A stretch of 62,860 nt of DNA, the filler included, from Octopus bimaculoides (taxonomy: Eukaryota): assembly GCF_001194135.2 (NCBI RefSeq). It is 2 parts of 2 records of this genome, joined end to end, with 100 filler letters (N's around TTAATTAATTAA, not from the genome) between each part and the next. Parts side by side here need not be neighbours in the genome. Positions count along the whole stretch, not along the records: positions 31,286 to 62,860 come from NC_068981.1; 1 more part is not named here. The stretch is one strand, 5' to 3'. Positions within the stretch are counted from its first letter, which is position 1. The number at the start of each line of letters is the position of its first letter. Positions 59,687-62,860 of the stretch are shown here, piece by piece. The notes below the pieces were generated by a model that had not been told where the DNA came from, ran no database searches, and saw only the letters and a list, made by a program, of their open reading frames with translations. The position numbers and the translations under genes are program-made.

Positions 59687-61886
59687 NNNNNNNNNNNNNN
59701 NNNNNNNNNNNNNNNNNNNNNNNNNNNNNNNNNNNNNNNNNNNNNNNNNNNNNNNNNNNNNNNNNNNNNNNNNNNNNNNNNNNNNNNNNNNNNNNNNNNN
59801 NNNNNNNNNNNNNATATATTAGCTGCATGTGTGAGCGTGCAACATAATATACTTTACTTACACTACATGAGTGTGAAGAATTATTTCCTGCAATTTCTGC
59901 TGATGGGTGTATTCAAAATCAAAGTTCTGATGGTGGAAACTTAAGTGAAATAGAAATAAATGAATTAAACCTCATTAATTGATTCTTTGTCTGGATGCAT
60001 TTAAATAGTTTCTATACAGTATCATTAGAGTTAAAAACAGACACCAATGTGTCGTAAAACATCATATCAAATAATTAACGGATCAACGAACAACTTCTAT
60101 TTCGTTGCTCGACTTGTTCGAAATAGATGCAGAACCTCAATCAGATCACATATTACCTCAAGAAAAAAAGAAGGACGTATTGAATAACACATTTCTAGAT
60201 ACACCATGCGTGAACGAGGAGACCAGATGATCATATGACCATAGCTGGAGCTTCATTAACCACAGGTTTGATCTCTCACGCATGACCTCAGGCTAAACAA
60301 GAACAGTAAAGTTGATCAGATGAATAGCTTATATATACTGCCATATCCCTTCTAGGTTGAAGATTTCCGAATGAATAATTCTTGATGATTAATTTCCGCT
60401 ACATTTCATTTAGGATATATAACCTGACTGGCATCTTTACTACTAGCCAAGACAGAGCCCATAGCTTTTGGCACCAATGTTGGCAGTGCTTCAACACTTT
60501 ATTCAGTAGTTTGGTAAATATTTTAGTAAAATATGTAATCTAATTGTCTTGCCAGATACTAACAAATTCCTACAGTTTTTATTGACAAAAAGTATTTGCA
60601 TTCAAGCAGTTTTGGTATTGATCTATCCTTGACGTCTAAGCATGGCTGTACATTTGTTGTGTATCCAGGATCTTGTAACTGCGGGTTTTGTGGGTTCGTT
60701 ACACTGTAGATTACAATAATCACTAGTGCAGTGTAATTTCGAGACAATTTATATAAAATCTAATGACAAAACAAATTTAACTGCGAAATACATTAGCTAA
60801 ATAAATTAGTAAATTAGATTAGGATAAAAACTCAGTTTTTTTTTAAGGATTTGTCATGACGTCTTAAAATAGATTGTTAGAAATTCGCAGGGAACAGCAC
60901 AAAATGAAAACCAGACTCTCACTGAACTGAAAAGATGATGATCAAAAAACAAAACTACAAAATAAAAAAACAGGACAACAAATTTAACGTCATATTCTAA
61001 GTTATTCACAGTAATAAAATGTGATATTTCACAGAAAGTGTCATAAACCAAGAAAAAATATAGCACTCTTATTTTTTTTTTATAGAACGTTCCTGTTTCC
61101 ATGTGAAATCTTGACGGTTGATTCTAACTATATGGGAAGCTGTCAGATCAGTCATCAGAACGAGGGAAAAAACTCACAGCTGTTAATGTAATCAGGTAAG
61201 AAGAGGCTCTGAAGGAACGAGAGATTAACATCAATAATGCAAATTTAAAATGTCATCAGTATCTACCTCAAAACGTCATGTACACACANNNNNNNNNNNN
61301 NNNNNNNNNNNNNNNNNNNNNNNNNNNNNNNNNNNNNNNNNNNNNNNNNNNNNNNNNNNNNNNNNNNNNNNNNNNNNNNNNNNNNNNNNNNNNNNNNNNN
61401 NNNNNNNNNNNNNNNNNNNNNNNNNNNNNNNNNNNNNNNNNNNNNNNNNNNNNNNNNNNNNNNNNNNNNNNNNNNNNNNNNNNNNNNNNNNNNNNNNNNN
61501 NNNNNNNNNNNNNNNNNNNNNNNNNNNNNNNNNNNNNNNNNNNNNNNNNNNATGTGTGTATGTGCGTGAGGGTGTAGAGATTTATACACACACACATCGT
61601 GATGTAAGTGTTCATAAGTGTATTAAAAATATATATTTTACCTGCGGCAAACGTTTTCCGATGTAGAATTCAATACATAGGGTACAGTGGATACATATAT
61701 CGAATGCATCAAAAGGTTTGTCCGCCCAAAGTATGACCCTGAGCTGAGCTGATAAAGGCAGAGGTCGAAACTCAGAGTAGAATCTATTAACTTTTAACAT
61801 ACCACACGCACGCACACGCACACACGCACGCACGCACGCACGCACGCACATACACACACACAATACGCAAAACACGTAACGTTTAT

Positions 61887-62060
61887 CTTTTACTTGTTTC
61901 AGTCATTTGACTGTGGTCACACTGAGTCACTGCCTTGAAGGGATAGTTAGTCTAAAGAATCGAACCTAGGACTTCTTTTAAGCCTAGTACTTACTCTATC
62001 CGTGTCTTTTACCGATCCGCTAGTTTACGGGAACGTAAACACACCAACAGCGGCTGTCAA
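61887..62060 (-). mobile_element. SINE 3' half (25172 family)
   Basis: tcttttacttgtttcagtcatttgact...gtaaacacaccaaca; another 3' end begins at 62824. Confidence 0.8.
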
Positions 62061-62314
62061 ATATATGCATACATACACACAAACATTCCTCCCTACCTAC
62101 CTACCTACCTACCTACCTACCTACCTACCTACATGCATACATGCATACGTACATGCATACATGCATACATACATACATATATACATACATGCCCTGATGG
62201 AGTACAAAGCAGTGGCTTTCATAGCTTCTTATCTAAACTCATTGGAAATGTTATCATGTACATTGTCTTCTCTTGATTTAATATTCTGCTCAATACCACA
62301 GATTTGCTTCGCAG

Positions 62315-62715
62315 TTGTTTGACATTAACCAGTTGAGCATGTCCTTTAGTGGTTGACGATAAATGCATCTCTGATCACGAGGAGAAGTAGTGGGGGATCG
62401 TCATAGCCATGTGTTGAAAGGTATTCTTTGGGGTTTGGATAATTCACATTTGGAAACATGGGTGTTTTGTTCATCATCCTTAACCCTTATTCAGGGACCT
62501 TTTGAGCAGGATGGGCTACTCGACGTGCAGAATCTTCTAACTGGGTCCCACCCGCAAGGTAATGCGCTGTTTATCTTGATATAGGAAGACCATGTCGCGC
62601 GCATATGGTTATGATTCATGTGCCTGGTGTACTCTTATCAGACAAGTAGTCATGATGGGTATACTGGGCTTCGTGTATTTTACTCCAGTGTCACTTTGAT
62701 GGCATGCACTGCTCT
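62315..62715. repeat. Interspersed-repeat-like sequence, family not assigned
   Basis: Resembles repeats I recall from octopus DNA; no second copy in this window, so unverified. Confidence 0.3.
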
Positions 62716-62739
62716 CATGCATACAAACAGACAGACAGG

Positions 62740-62787
<48 letters not shown>

Positions 62788-62860
62788 CACACACATACAC
62801 ATACATGCACACACACATATATATTTTCTTTTACTTGTTTCAGTCACCTGACTGCGGCCG

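Overview
AT-rich, microsatellite- and retroposon-saturated animal genomic DNA from a draft assembly with about 20 N gaps, most flanked by (TA)n/(CA)n. The SINE families look like those I know from Octopus; this is inference and I ran no search. I could not identify a complete host gene. Most ORF-track entries are microsatellite or N artefacts, or transposon fragments. Supported content: several tRNA-derived SINE families; decayed RTE and R4/Dong-like LINE fragments; a decayed Tigger/pogo transposon; a decayed mariner; a Tc1/mariner 3' fragment; pogo- and mariner-type MITEs; a MULE deletion derivative with 15-bp subterminal arrays; and about six Penelope-like element (PLE) remnants, all right of about 31.3 kb. 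Five PLE tails carry hammerhead-ribozyme-like folds, each with a different catalytic-core variant, and one sits directly downstream of a tRNA-like pol III module. CpG density rises about 3-4 fold near 31-33 kb, suggesting a methylated gene body on the left. Several short splice-flanked unique islands there are candidate exons, but their strand is unresolved. Coordinates of decayed repeats are approximate.
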